32,000 nucleotides of DNA from Edaphobacter aggregans (GTDB lineage Bacteria > Acidobacteriota > Terriglobia > Terriglobales > Acidobacteriaceae). The stretch covers positions 6,090,001 through 6,122,000 of the forward strand of contig NZ_RSDW01000001.1 in assembly GCF_003945235.1 (NCBI RefSeq), read 5' to 3'. A program made the position numbers and the translations under genes. This document shows positions 7,979 through 16,303 of this stretch, one piece after another (position 1 is the first letter of the stretch; every line of letters starts with the position of its first letter). The notes under the pieces are model-generated. The model was given only the letters and a program-made list of their open reading frames with translations. It searched no databases and had not been told where the DNA came from.

Positions 7979-8569
7979 ATGAGCGCAGGTATAGAGCTGT
8001 GGCTGGTGAGGCATGGGGAGACGGAGTGGAGTCTCAGTGGGAAGCATACGAGCCGGACGGATATTTCGCTGACGGATCAGGGGCGGAAGAGGGCGGAGAG
8101 GCTGCGGGATTATTTGAAAGGCACCAAGTTTGACGCGGTGTTTGAAAGTCCGATGCAGCGGGCGCGGGAGACTTGTGCGATTGCGGGGTTTGGTTCGCAG
8201 GCGGTTGTCGACGATGGGCTGATGGAATGGGACTACGGGGTGTATGAGGGGCGGACTACGAAGGAGATTCAGGCGGAGATACCGGGGTGGTCGGTTTGGG
8301 TGAATGAGATTGTTGGGGGAGAGACGGTCGAGCATGTGGGGGAGCGGGCGGATGGGGTGATTGCGCGGGCTTTGGCGGCTGCTCCTGCTGGGGGGAAGGT
8401 GGCGCTGTTTGCTCATGCGCATATTCTGCGGATTCTGGCGGCGCGGTGGATTGGGTTGGAGGCTTGTGCGGGGAGTTTGTTTGCGCTGGGGACGGGGAGC
8501 GTCAGTGTGTTGGGGTGGGAGCGGGAGACTCGGGTGATTGAGGCTTGGAATCGCGGCTTCGAGAAGTAG
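7979..8569 (+). CDS. Histidine phosphatase (PGAM-like) family protein
   Basis: 196 aa. LVRHGETEWS catalytic RHG motif, ESPMQRARET, and a second His in FAHAHILR. Confidence 0.85.
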   Translation: MSAGIELWLVRHGETEWSLSGKHTSRTDISLTDQGRKRAERLRDYLKGTKFDAVFESPMQRARETCAIAGFGSQAVVDDGLMEWDYGVYEGRTTKEIQAEIPGWSVWVNEIVGGETVEHVGERADGVIARALAAAPAGGKVALFAHAHILRILAARWIGLEACAGSLFALGTGSVSVLGWERETRVIEAWNRGFEK

Positions 8570-9839
8570 GGTGTTTGCGGGCGCTTAGGCGTTGAGAGCG
8601 GTAGATGCCGTGGTGTCCGCTGAAGAGGTAGCTGGTGACACAGGCGATGGCGGCGAAGGCTCCAGCTTCGGGACCGAAGAGTTCGATGGCCATGAGGCTG
8701 GCGGCGATGGGGGTGTTGGCGGCTCCGGAGAAGACGGCTGCGAAGCCCATCGCTGCGAGTAGCGATGCCGACAGTGGGAGGATGCTTGAGAGGGCGTTTC
8801 CGAGTGTGGCTCCGATGAAGAAGAGTGGGGTGACTTCGCCTCCTTTGAAGCCGGCTCCGAGAGTGAGGCTGGTGAATGCGAATTTGGCGGCGAAGTCGTA
8901 GCGAGGGAGATGCTGCGAGAAGGCCGCGACAATAGTGGGGATGCCGAGTCCGATGTATTTTGTCGTGCCGATGGCGAAGACGGCGAGAGCAACGAGGATG
9001 CCTCCGGTGAAGGGGCGTAGGGGTGGGTAGGGTATGGCGCGGCGGAAGAGGTGGGAGATGGCGTGAGTGCAACGGGCGAAGAGGAGGGCGGTGAGGCCGA
9101 AGGCGATTCCGGCGGCTACGGCTGAGAGCATGGTGGTGGGGTTGAGGGGGGATAGCTGCGTGACGGTGTACTGGGTGTGGTGGATGTGCCAGAGGTGCGC
9201 GGTGGTGTAGTCACCGACGAAGGCGGCGATGAAACAGGGGAAGATGGCATCGTAGCCTACGTTGCCGATGGTGAGGACCTCGAGGCCGAAGACTGCTCCT
9301 GCGAGTGGGGTGTCGAAGACGGAGCCGAAGCCGGCGCTGATGCCTGCCATGAGGAGGGCTCGGCGGTCATGCTCGGAGAAGCGAAAGGGGAGACGGCGAA
9401 GGAGGCGGGTGATCTGGTCGGCGAGAGCGGCTCCGGTTTGGATGGCGGTGCCTTCGCGACCGGCGGAGCCTCCGAAGAGGTGGGTGATGGTGGTGCCGAG
9501 GAGGATGAGCGGCGTCATGCGGGCTGGGATTGTGGTGCGAGGGACGTGCGGGTCGGTGCTGATGTCGGTGTGGATCTCGTCGAGGATGAGGTTGTGTCCG
9601 CCTTCGACGGAGCGACCGAGATAGTGATAGATGAGGCCTACGGCGAGACCGGCGAGAGGGAGCAGGCCGATGAGCCAGCGGTGGGCTTCGCGGGTGTCGG
9701 TGGCCCAGTCGAGGGAGAGGAGAAGGATGGCGGAGGCGGAGCCGGCGAGGAGTCCGACCAGAGTGGAGAGCAGGAGCCAGCGGAGGGTGTGGCGGATGAG
9801 GGACAGACGTTGAATGAGGGCGTGGAGTTGAAGCGGCAA
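8502..9839 (-). CDS. CLC-family channel, probable CLC-F fluoride/proton antiporter
   Basis: ORF 8502..10571 trimmed to TTG 9839 (GGAGG just upstream). 445 aa. GGSAGREGT (gating Glu, Thr instead of canonical Pro), EGGHNLI in place of GSGIP, and GFKGGEVTP. It sits directly behind a fluoride riboswitch. The clade-specific motif assignment is from memory. Confidence 0.85.
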   Translation of the reverse strand: MPLQLHALIQRLSLIRHTLRWLLLSTLVGLLAGSASAILLLSLDWATDTREAHRWLIGLLPLAGLAVGLIYHYLGRSVEGGHNLILDEIHTDISTDPHVPRTTIPARMTPLILLGTTITHLFGGSAGREGTAIQTGAALADQITRLLRRLPFRFSEHDRRALLMAGISAGFGSVFDTPLAGAVFGLEVLTIGNVGYDAIFPCFIAAFVGDYTTAHLWHIHHTQYTVTQLSPLNPTTMLSAVAAGIAFGLTALLFARCTHAISHLFRRAIPYPPLRPFTGGILVALAVFAIGTTKYIGLGIPTIVAAFSQHLPRYDFAAKFAFTSLTLGAGFKGGEVTPLFFIGATLGNALSSILPLSASLLAAMGFAAVFSGAANTPIAASLMAIELFGPEAGAFAAIACVTSYLFSGHHGIYRSQRLSARKHPTSRSRDSKPQSPESPAPTPTH

Positions 9840-9843
9840 AGGG

Positions 9844-9911
9844 CCTCCTACAGAGTCGTAGGAGTCATCAGCACCGGGTTTGGCCGGGCGGTTCAGGCGA
9901 ACTCCATCACC
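9844..9911 (-). promoter_or_regulatory. Fluoride riboswitch (crcB motif) with SD-sequestering expression platform
   Basis: The minus-strand RNA GGUGAUGGAGUUCGCCUGAACCGCCCGGCCAAACCCGGUGCUGAUGACUCCUAC matches the crcB-motif pattern (P1 GGUG/CGCC, GGAGU/ACUCC pseudoknot, conserved AAC, CUGAUGA, CUAC). It is followed by the CUCCUAC-GACUCU-GUAGGAG hairpin covering the SD. Confidence 0.85.
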
Positions 9912-9927
9912 TTGAAGATGTATTGGT

Positions 9928-9956
9928 AGGGTAGCAAGCGGTGGAATGTGGGTCAA
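9928..9956 (-). promoter_or_regulatory. Candidate sigma70-type promoter of the riboswitch-CLC transcript
   Basis: Minus strand TTGACC (9956..9951), 17 nt, TACCCT (9933..9928), about 16 nt upstream of the aptamer. Confidence 0.5.
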
Positions 9957-10027
9957 AAGGAATTTGCGATTGTGGTCGTGATTTTGCTGTCCCCTAGAGT
10001 GGGCTTTATAAAGGCGAGATGCACGCC

Positions 10028-11251
10028 CTAGTGGGGTTGGATGTGTTCGGGGCGGACTCCCATGCCGATGAATCGGGCGAGGAGGCGGCGGAAGAATGGG
10101 TGAGGGGAAAGGATGCGGAGGATGGGGGGTGGCTTGATTGGGGCTGGGTCGCCGAGGGTCTTTGAGAGGAAGCCGTGGACTATGGCCTGAAAGGATTGGG
10201 TGATGCGGGTGGGGAGTTCGCGGCGGTGCTGGATTCGTTCGAGGGTGAGTTCGGTGACGATGCTGGTGGAGAGAACCGGTGAAAGGATTCGGGCGGCGGC
10301 TACGGCGTCCTGAATGGCGAGGTTGATGCCGATGCCTCCGACAGGGGACATGGCGTGGGCGGCGTCGCCGATGCAAAGGAGGCCGGGGCGGTGCCAGCGG
10401 GTGAGGCGGTTGATCTGGACGGAGAGAAGCTTGACCTGATCCCAGTCGGTGACCTCGTCTACGCGGTCGGCAAGAGAGGGAACAAGACGGGCGATACAGG
10501 CGCGGAAGGCGGGAAGGCCGGCGGGCTGGATCGAGGTAGTGAAGCTGTCTTTGGCGATGAGGAAGGCGCACTGAAAGTAGTCGTCGCGAGGGATGAGGAC
10601 GGCGAAGGTGCCGTAGTTGGCGTTACCGAGGACGTTGGAGGGGTCGGTTTCATCGCGGCGCAGGCGGAACCAGAGAACGTCGATGGGGACTCCGGTCTCG
10701 TGGAGCGGTAGTCCAGAGGCGGCTCGAGAGATGGAGTGACGACCGTCGCAGCCTACGACAAGGGTAGCGTGAATTTCGGTGGGACCGGAGGGGGTGTTGG
10801 CGCGGACGCCTATGACGCAGTGGCTGTCGTTTTCTATGAGGTCGGTGACCTCGTGCTCCATGAGGAGGTGGAAAGTGGGGAACTTTGCTGCCTGTGAGGC
10901 GAGGAAGTTGAGGAAGTCCCACTGGGGCATGAGAGCGACGAATTTTGAGTGAGTGGGAAGATGGGTGAGGTCGGCTATGGGGAAGTATTCGCCGCCGATG
11001 GCGAGGGTGAACGCGGAGATCTGCTGATGGGGAAGAGCCAGGAAGGCGTCGAGGATGCCTAGCTCGTACATGAGTTCGAGGGTGGAGGGGTGGATGGTGT
11101 CGCCGCGGAAGTCTCGGAAGAAGTCTTTGTGCTTTTCGAGGACGGTGACGTGGTGGCCGTCGCGGGCGAGGAGGTAGCCGAGCATCATGCCAGCGGGGCC
11201 TCCGCCTACGATGCAGCATGTGGTTTGGAGTGCTGGCGTGGCGGTGGCCAT
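10028..11251 (-). CDS. FAD-dependent monooxygenase (UbiH/PheA-type)
   Basis: ATG 11251 chosen (the track starts at 11338). 407 aa. Dinucleotide fold CCIVGGGPAGMMLGYLLA...VTVLEK, VGCDGRHS, and GDAAHAMSPVGGIGINLAIQDA. Confidence 0.85.
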   Translation of the reverse strand: MATATPALQTTCCIVGGGPAGMMLGYLLARDGHHVTVLEKHKDFFRDFRGDTIHPSTLELMYELGILDAFLALPHQQISAFTLAIGGEYFPIADLTHLPTHSKFVALMPQWDFLNFLASQAAKFPTFHLLMEHEVTDLIENDSHCVIGVRANTPSGPTEIHATLVVGCDGRHSISRAASGLPLHETGVPIDVLWFRLRRDETDPSNVLGNANYGTFAVLIPRDDYFQCAFLIAKDSFTTSIQPAGLPAFRACIARLVPSLADRVDEVTDWDQVKLLSVQINRLTRWHRPGLLCIGDAAHAMSPVGGIGINLAIQDAVAAARILSPVLSTSIVTELTLERIQHRRELPTRITQSFQAIVHGFLSKTLGDPAPIKPPPILRILSPHPFFRRLLARFIGMGVRPEHIQPH

Positions 11252-11330
11252 AGTGGGATGAGGGTAGCAAGGGTTTGGTGGGAGGTCAAAAGGTCGGGGC
11301 TTGAGAGGGGATGGATTTTGCTGGAGAAAT

Positions 11331-11400
11331 AGAGACAACTACAACGACAGAAGCAGATCCCTGCGGGATGACAACCTGAAAGCAAAGGCAAGGGCAAAAT
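11331..11400. repeat. Hairpin plus triplet-array repeat, family C, copy in divergent promoter region
   Basis: CAACGACAGAAGCAG-ATCCC-tgc-GGGAT-GACAAC followed by an A/G-rich array (CTGAAAGCAAAGGCAAGGGCAAAA). The same GGGATGACAA(C/G) core occurs four more times at 20.8-21.1 kb and 22.55 kb. Confidence 0.8.
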
Positions 11401-11467
11401 ACTGCGGCATGCTTCGCTTGGGAGCGTGCTAGATTCAACGCATCCCCATTTTTGCTGGAGAGTGACT

Positions 11468-13123
11468 ATGCGTCTGCTTCGCACCGTGTGTGTTCTGGCT
11501 TCGATGTTGAGTTGCGTTGTGGTGGAGGGGCAATCGGCTTCGAGTGATGAGGAGCGGGGTAAGGCTTGGTGGGCGCATGTGCAGTACCTGGCGGATGATT
11601 CGATGCAGGGGCGGCTGACGGGGAGTGAGGAGTATTTGAAGGCCGCGGCTTATGTGGTGGACAAGTTCAAGTCGTATGGGTTGCAGCCGGCTGGGGTGAA
11701 TGGTGGGTTCTATCAGCCGGTGAAGTTTGATGTGCAGCGGGTGTTGGCGGATAAGTCTTCGATGAGTTTGGTGGCGGATGGTAAGACGGAGCCGCTGGTG
11801 CTGGGGACAGATGCGATTCTGGGGTCGCGGGCGGCGCAGGTGGGGAAGGTGGATGCTCCGCTGGTGTTTATTGGGTATGGGCTGCATCTCCCGGAGGCGA
11901 AGTATGACGACTTTAACTCGGCTGAAGTGCCGATGTCGGAGTTGAAGGGGAAGATCGTTGTTTATATCAATGGTGGGCCGGCGGATTTACCGGGGCCGCT
12001 GAAGTCGTATGCGAGGACGGCTCCGTTTGCGAAGGCGCTACGGGATGCGGGGGCGGTGGGGGCGATTTCGATACCGACGCCGAAGTCGATGGACTTTGGT
12101 TGGGAGCGGGTGGCGAGTGGGGCTTCACAGCCGGGGATGCGGTTGGCGGCTACTCCCGATGCAGCTGCGGTGGCGGCGAAGCATCCGGCGCTGGCGGATG
12201 AGCATGGTGCGATGTTTGGGGCTACGTTCAATCCGGCTGAGGCAGAGAAGTTGTTTGCTGGGACGGGGCATACGTTTGCCGAGATACTGGCGTTGGCGGA
12301 TGCGCAGAAGCCGCTGCCTCGGTTTGCTTTGAATAAGAGAGTGACGGCTTCGGTGGTGGGAGAGCACTCGCAGGTGGAGTCGCCGAATATTGTGGCGATG
12401 CTGCCGGGGTCGGACCCGGTGTTGGCGAAGGAGTATGTGATCGTGTCGGCGCATCTGGACCATCTGGGTGTGGGGGCTCCGATCAAGGGGAAGACGATTT
12501 ATAACGGCGCGATGGACGATGCTTCGGGTGTGGCGTCGGTGCTAGAGGCGGCGCGGGAGTTTGGCGCGGCGAAGGTGAGGCCGAAGCGGTCGATGCTGTT
12601 TGTGGTGTTTACTGCTGAGGAGAAGGGGCTGCTGGGGTCGCGGTACTACGCGGGGCATCCGACGGTGCCGGAGGGGTCGATTAAGGCGGATTTGAATTTA
12701 GATATGTTTATGCCGATCTTTGCGCTGAAGAAGCTGCATGTGCAGGGGTTGGAGCAGTCGACGCTCGCGGTGGATGCACAGAAGGTGGGTGAGGCGCACG
12801 GCATTGTGATTGCGCCGGATCCGGAGCCGGATCGGAACTCGTTTATCAGGACGGATCAGTACAGCTTTGTGCAGGCGGGGATTCCGGCGCTGGCGTTCAA
12901 GTTTGGATGGACGGCGGGGTCTCCGGAGTACAAGGCGTGGAGAGGGTGGCTGGCGCAGCGGTATCACTCGACGGAGGATGATTTGTCGCAGCCGGTGGAT
13001 TTGGCTGCGGCGGCTCAGTTCAATAGTTTCTTTGCGGATTTGGCTCGGACGGTGGCGGATGATCCGGCTACACCGCATTATCTGGATAGCAGCTTCTTTA
13101 GGAGGTTTGAGGCGGGACGGTAG
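11468..13123 (+). CDS. Secreted PA-domain M28 family aminopeptidase
   Basis: ATG 11468 yields the signal peptide MRLLRTVCVLASMLSCVVVEGQSA. PA domain (GKIVVYINGG) within an M28 fold (VSAHLDHLG, GAMDDASGV, FTAEEKGLLGS). Confidence 0.85.
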   Translation: MRLLRTVCVLASMLSCVVVEGQSASSDEERGKAWWAHVQYLADDSMQGRLTGSEEYLKAAAYVVDKFKSYGLQPAGVNGGFYQPVKFDVQRVLADKSSMSLVADGKTEPLVLGTDAILGSRAAQVGKVDAPLVFIGYGLHLPEAKYDDFNSAEVPMSELKGKIVVYINGGPADLPGPLKSYARTAPFAKALRDAGAVGAISIPTPKSMDFGWERVASGASQPGMRLAATPDAAAVAAKHPALADEHGAMFGATFNPAEAEKLFAGTGHTFAEILALADAQKPLPRFALNKRVTASVVGEHSQVESPNIVAMLPGSDPVLAKEYVIVSAHLDHLGVGAPIKGKTIYNGAMDDASGVASVLEAAREFGAAKVRPKRSMLFVVFTAEEKGLLGSRYYAGHPTVPEGSIKADLNLDMFMPIFALKKLHVQGLEQSTLAVDAQKVGEAHGIVIAPDPEPDRNSFIRTDQYSFVQAGIPALAFKFGWTAGSPEYKAWRGWLAQRYHSTEDDLSQPVDLAAAAQFNSFFADLARTVADDPATPHYLDSSFFRRFEAGR

Positions 13124-13169
13124 ATTGGGAGTCGTCAGGTTTTAGGTATCAGGTATCAGGTTTCGGGTA

Positions 13170-13865
13170 TCAGGTTTTGAGGATGCGGGGCCAATCGGTG
13201 GGGCTGTGGGCCAGGTAGTTGGGCTGGGCGGCGGCTAGCGTGTGGGGCGCGAGGCCGAAGGTGCAGCCTATGGAAGTGGCTCCGCAGTTGCGGGCGGTGA
13301 GGATGTCTACGTCAGAGTCGCCGATCATGATGGTTTGGGCGGGTGTGATGGGGTCGCCGGCGATGGTGGAGGCTTCGGCTATAAGGGTGAGCAGGCCGTG
13401 GGGGTCGGGTTTTTTGGTGTGGAAGCTGTTGCCTCCGTAGTTTTGGAAGAAGAAGCGCGTGAGGCCGAAGTGGTCGCAGATATCTCGGGAGGGGTTGACT
13501 GGCTTGTTGGTGAGGACGGCCATGAGGGTGTCGGGGTGGGCGGCGCGGATGGCTTCGAGTGAGTCGATGACGCCGGGGTAGACGTAGGTGAAGTCGAGCT
13601 TGTGGATGCGGTAGTAGCTGAGGAAGAAGGTGAGGGCTTCGGTGACGTACTCTTCGTCGTGGATGTCGCCTTCGGGGTCACCGAGGGCGCGGCGGACGAG
13701 CATGGAGGCTCCGTCGCCGATGTAACTGGCGATGACGGGGTCAGGGAGCTGGGGCTTGCCGAAGTGGAGGAGGGTGGCGTTGATCGAGTTGCAGAGGTCG
13801 ATGCGGGAGTCGATGAGGGTGCCGTCGAGGTCAAAGATTAGGAGGCGCGGGGTGAGGGACGGCAT
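13170..13865 (-). CDS. HAD-IA hydrolase, phosphoglycolate-phosphatase-like
   Basis: 231 aa. Motif I LIFDLDGTLIDS, motif II VLTNK, motif IV GDSDVD. Confidence 0.8.
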   Translation of the reverse strand: MPSLTPRLLIFDLDGTLIDSRIDLCNSINATLLHFGKPQLPDPVIASYIGDGASMLVRRALGDPEGDIHDEEYVTEALTFFLSYYRIHKLDFTYVYPGVIDSLEAIRAAHPDTLMAVLTNKPVNPSRDICDHFGLTRFFFQNYGGNSFHTKKPDPHGLLTLIAEASTIAGDPITPAQTIMIGDSDVDILTARNCGATSIGCTFGLAPHTLAAAQPNYLAHSPTDWPRILKT

Positions 13866-13879
13866 GGATTGAGTTTAAT

Positions 13880-13907
13880 GGAAGAAGGGACGGCTGGGCG
13901 CCGTCCC
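13880..13907 (-). terminator. Intrinsic terminator after the adaptor/DUF4097 operon
   Basis: Perfect 8-bp stem GGGACGGC / GCCGTCCC (13887..13894 and 13900..13907) with a 5-nt loop. On the minus strand it is followed by TTCTTCC. It lies 39 nt downstream of the DUF4097 stop. Confidence 0.65.
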
Positions 13908-13945
13908 TTGATCAGATCGAATCTACGAAATATGACGTTGGGCTG

Positions 13946-14797
13946 TTAGCGGATCTGGATGTCGCCGGAGCCGGTTTGGGCGCGGAGGGTGGGGCCGCCA
14001 CCGTTGACGGCGCCGTTGATGTGGTGGCGGTTGAGGCTGCCCTGCATCGTGATGGGCTGCTGGACGTTGATGGTGCCGGAGCCTGTATCGGCGTCGAGGT
14101 TGAAGCGGGCTCCGCTGCCGACGGCCATGTGAATGTTGCCGCTGCCGGTACTGAGCTTCCAGTCGGAGGTGGGTTGGCCGGAGACTTCGATGTTGCCGGA
14201 ACCGGTGCTGGATTTGAGTGCGCCGGAGAGATTGCGGAGGACGATGTTGCCACTGCCAGTTTCTGCTTTGACATCGCCGGGAGCGGATTGGTCGAAGTCG
14301 ATGTCGCCGGAGCCAGTGCCAAGAGTAGCTGCGCCGCCGATGCCGTGGGCCTTTACGTTGCCGGAGCCGCTCTGGGCTTTGAGGCTGGCGCCGACGCCTT
14401 GAATGTCAACATCGCCGGAGCCGGAGGAGGCGTTGATGACGGAGGCTCTCGGGAGGGTGACTTCGTAGTCGATGGAGATGTTGCGGAAGAGGTCGTTGTT
14501 GTGGCGCTCGCCGATGGTGATCTCGTTGCCGCTCTGGGTGATGGGCGGGTTATTGGCAATCTCCTGGGCGCGGGAGTCAGCGTCTCCGCCCATCCAGCCG
14601 CGGTTGGAGTGGACGTGGCCGATGATGTGGACCTGGTTGTCGGAGCCGGCGCGGAGGTTGATGTTGCCGGAGCCGGTAGAGACGGAGACCTCAGGTGCGT
14701 TGCCAGTGCTGAGCGTGCGCTCGAATCTGGCTTCGGCGGCGAAGGCCGTGGTGGCGATGGCGAAGGTTGCTGCGGTGAGAAGGATTCGGAGTTGCAT
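13946..14797 (-). CDS. DUF4097 / putative-adhesin beta-helix repeat protein, secreted
   Basis: 283 aa. Signal peptide MQLRILLTAATFAIATTAFAAEA, then nine or more (T/S)GSG(N/D)(I/V) repeat units. Confidence 0.8.
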   Translation of the reverse strand: MQLRILLTAATFAIATTAFAAEARFERTLSTGNAPEVSVSTGSGNINLRAGSDNQVHIIGHVHSNRGWMGGDADSRAQEIANNPPITQSGNEITIGERHNNDLFRNISIDYEVTLPRASVINASSGSGDVDIQGVGASLKAQSGSGNVKAHGIGGAATLGTGSGDIDFDQSAPGDVKAETGSGNIVLRNLSGALKSSTGSGNIEVSGQPTSDWKLSTGSGNIHMAVGSGARFNLDADTGSGTINVQQPITMQGSLNRHHINGAVNGGGPTLRAQTGSGDIQIR

Positions 14798-14860
14798 CGT
14801 TGGCTCCTTGAGGATTCGTTCCGGCGCGGAATTTATGTGACGATTTCGAACTATTGCCCG

Positions 14861-16066
14861 CTACTGCTGGAGGATGACTGTGTCTCCTGCGTTGACGCCA
14901 GAGAGAACTTCGGTTCTAGTGCCATTGGAGATGCCGGCCTTGATGGAGACTTTGCGGCGGCCTTTCTTCTCCTTGGGGTCGGGGACTTCGACGCTGGCGT
15001 TGCGGTCCTTGTCGTAGATAACGGCCTGCTCGGGGACAGTGAGGACGCCTTTATGCTCTTCGAGGAGGATTTCAGCATTGGCGGTCATGTTGGCTTTGAG
15101 TTCGCCGCCCGGGTTTTCGATGGAGACGCGGACCTCGAAGGTGGTGACGTTGTCTTTTTCTACGCCAAGGGGAGCGATCTTGGTGACCTTGCCGAGGAAG
15201 GTCTTGTCCTTGAAGGACTCTACCTTGATGCGGGCGGGTTGACCCATGTAGACCTTGCCGATGTCGGATTCGTCGACCTTGCCCTGTACGTAGACCTGCG
15301 TAGTGTCGCCGATGGTCATGACGAGGGTTGCGGTGGAGCCCATGACGAGGATGGAGCTGACCGCGTCACCGAGTTCGACGTCACGAGAGAGGACAACGCC
15401 GTCCATTGGGGAGGTGATGGTGGTGTAGCTGAGCTGCTCTTCAAGTTGCTTGAGTGAGGCTTGGGCCTGCTCCGTCTGTGCCTGGGCCTGGTGGAGCTTG
15501 GAGTTGTCGACGGTGATCTGGGCGACCGCTTTATCGCGGGTGTTGGCGGCGGCGAGATACTTCTGCTCGGCGTCATCAAGAGCCTGCTGGGAGACTACGC
15601 CGTCTTTGGACATCTGGAGGGCGCGGTCGTAGGTGTGCTTGTACATGGGCAGGTCGGGGGCTTCGGCGTTGACCTTGTCGTACTGGATGGCGGCGGCGGC
15701 GGCGCGAGCGTTGGACTCGGCGGCGGCGAGTTGGGCGCGCTGGGCGTTGACCTGGGCCATGATCTCGATCTGGTCGAGCTGGGCGAGGACCTGTCCCTGC
15801 TTGACGTGGGCGTTGATGTCGGTGTCGAGACGAGTGACGATGCCGGAGGCTTTGGATTTGACCTCGACCTTAGTGATGGGCTGGACCTTGCCGGTGGCGA
15901 CGACGGAACGGGCGATGTCGCCGCGCTCGGCCTTGGCAAGTTGGGAGGGCTCGAGTTTGGTGCTGTTGCCGCGTGCGGCTACCGCGACGCCGAGGATGAC
16001 GGCTAGGATGAGGAAGCTGAGGCCTCCCCATATCCAGATATTCCGTTTGCTTTTGCGTGTCGCCAA
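14861..16066 (-). CDS. MacA/HlyD-type periplasmic adaptor (membrane fusion protein)
   Basis: 401 aa. N-terminal TM anchor, lipoyl-like halves flanking a long coiled-coil hairpin (AQVNAQRAQLAAAES ... QAQAQTEQAQASLKQLEEQL), and a C-terminal beta-barrel domain. Confidence 0.85.
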   Translation of the reverse strand: MATRKSKRNIWIWGGLSFLILAVILGVAVAARGNSTKLEPSQLAKAERGDIARSVVATGKVQPITKVEVKSKASGIVTRLDTDINAHVKQGQVLAQLDQIEIMAQVNAQRAQLAAAESNARAAAAAIQYDKVNAEAPDLPMYKHTYDRALQMSKDGVVSQQALDDAEQKYLAAANTRDKAVAQITVDNSKLHQAQAQTEQAQASLKQLEEQLSYTTITSPMDGVVLSRDVELGDAVSSILVMGSTATLVMTIGDTTQVYVQGKVDESDIGKVYMGQPARIKVESFKDKTFLGKVTKIAPLGVEKDNVTTFEVRVSIENPGGELKANMTANAEILLEEHKGVLTVPEQAVIYDKDRNASVEVPDPKEKKGRRKVSIKAGISNGTRTEVLSGVNAGDTVILQQ

Positions 16067-16303
16067 GGTGTAGCTCCAAGATTCTTGAGTAATGACCGTC
16101 TCGGAGTTTGGTTACGCAGAATGGTGTGGTCTGGTTCCGTAGACAGTGGAGAAAGTTTCAGACGAGGGACGGCAATGGGACCTATTTTAGACGAGCGGGG
16201 GAGAGGGGCGGGAGCAGGCGTAAGTGAGGGGTGGTCAGAAGATTACTGCAACTAAGGTGTTGCAAGACACTCTCGGACAGCAGTTAGTGGGATTGAGGGA
16301 GGG

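Noticed and set aside
9840-10571. N-terminal 244 codons of the 689-aa ORF 8502..10571
   Set aside because: The extension is Pro/Arg/His-rich nonsense. It overlaps the FAD monooxygenase gene in another frame and reads straight through a recognisable fluoride riboswitch and promoter. The CLC homology starts only after the TTG at 9839, which has its own SD.
13124-13169. Short tandem TCAGGT(A/TT) microsatellite-like run between the convergent peptidase and HAD genes
   Set aside because: There are only four to five imperfect units, no hairpin potential and no coding context. It is probably slippage-derived filler, and I would not call it a terminator or regulatory site.
13976-15457. 493-aa + strand ORF, the longest unassigned ORF in the track
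   Set aside because: It runs antisense across two well-supported minus-strand genes (DUF4097 and the MacA-type adaptor). It is Gly/Ala/Asp/Val low-complexity with no motifs, a typical high-GC shadow ORF. The same reasoning applies to 137..769, 5633..6046, 6110..6736, 9177..9929, 21055..21903, 22894..23403, 23400..24431, 23546..24292, 24443..25069, 25762..26796, 25932..26564, 27441..28097, 29497..30000 and 30385..31002.
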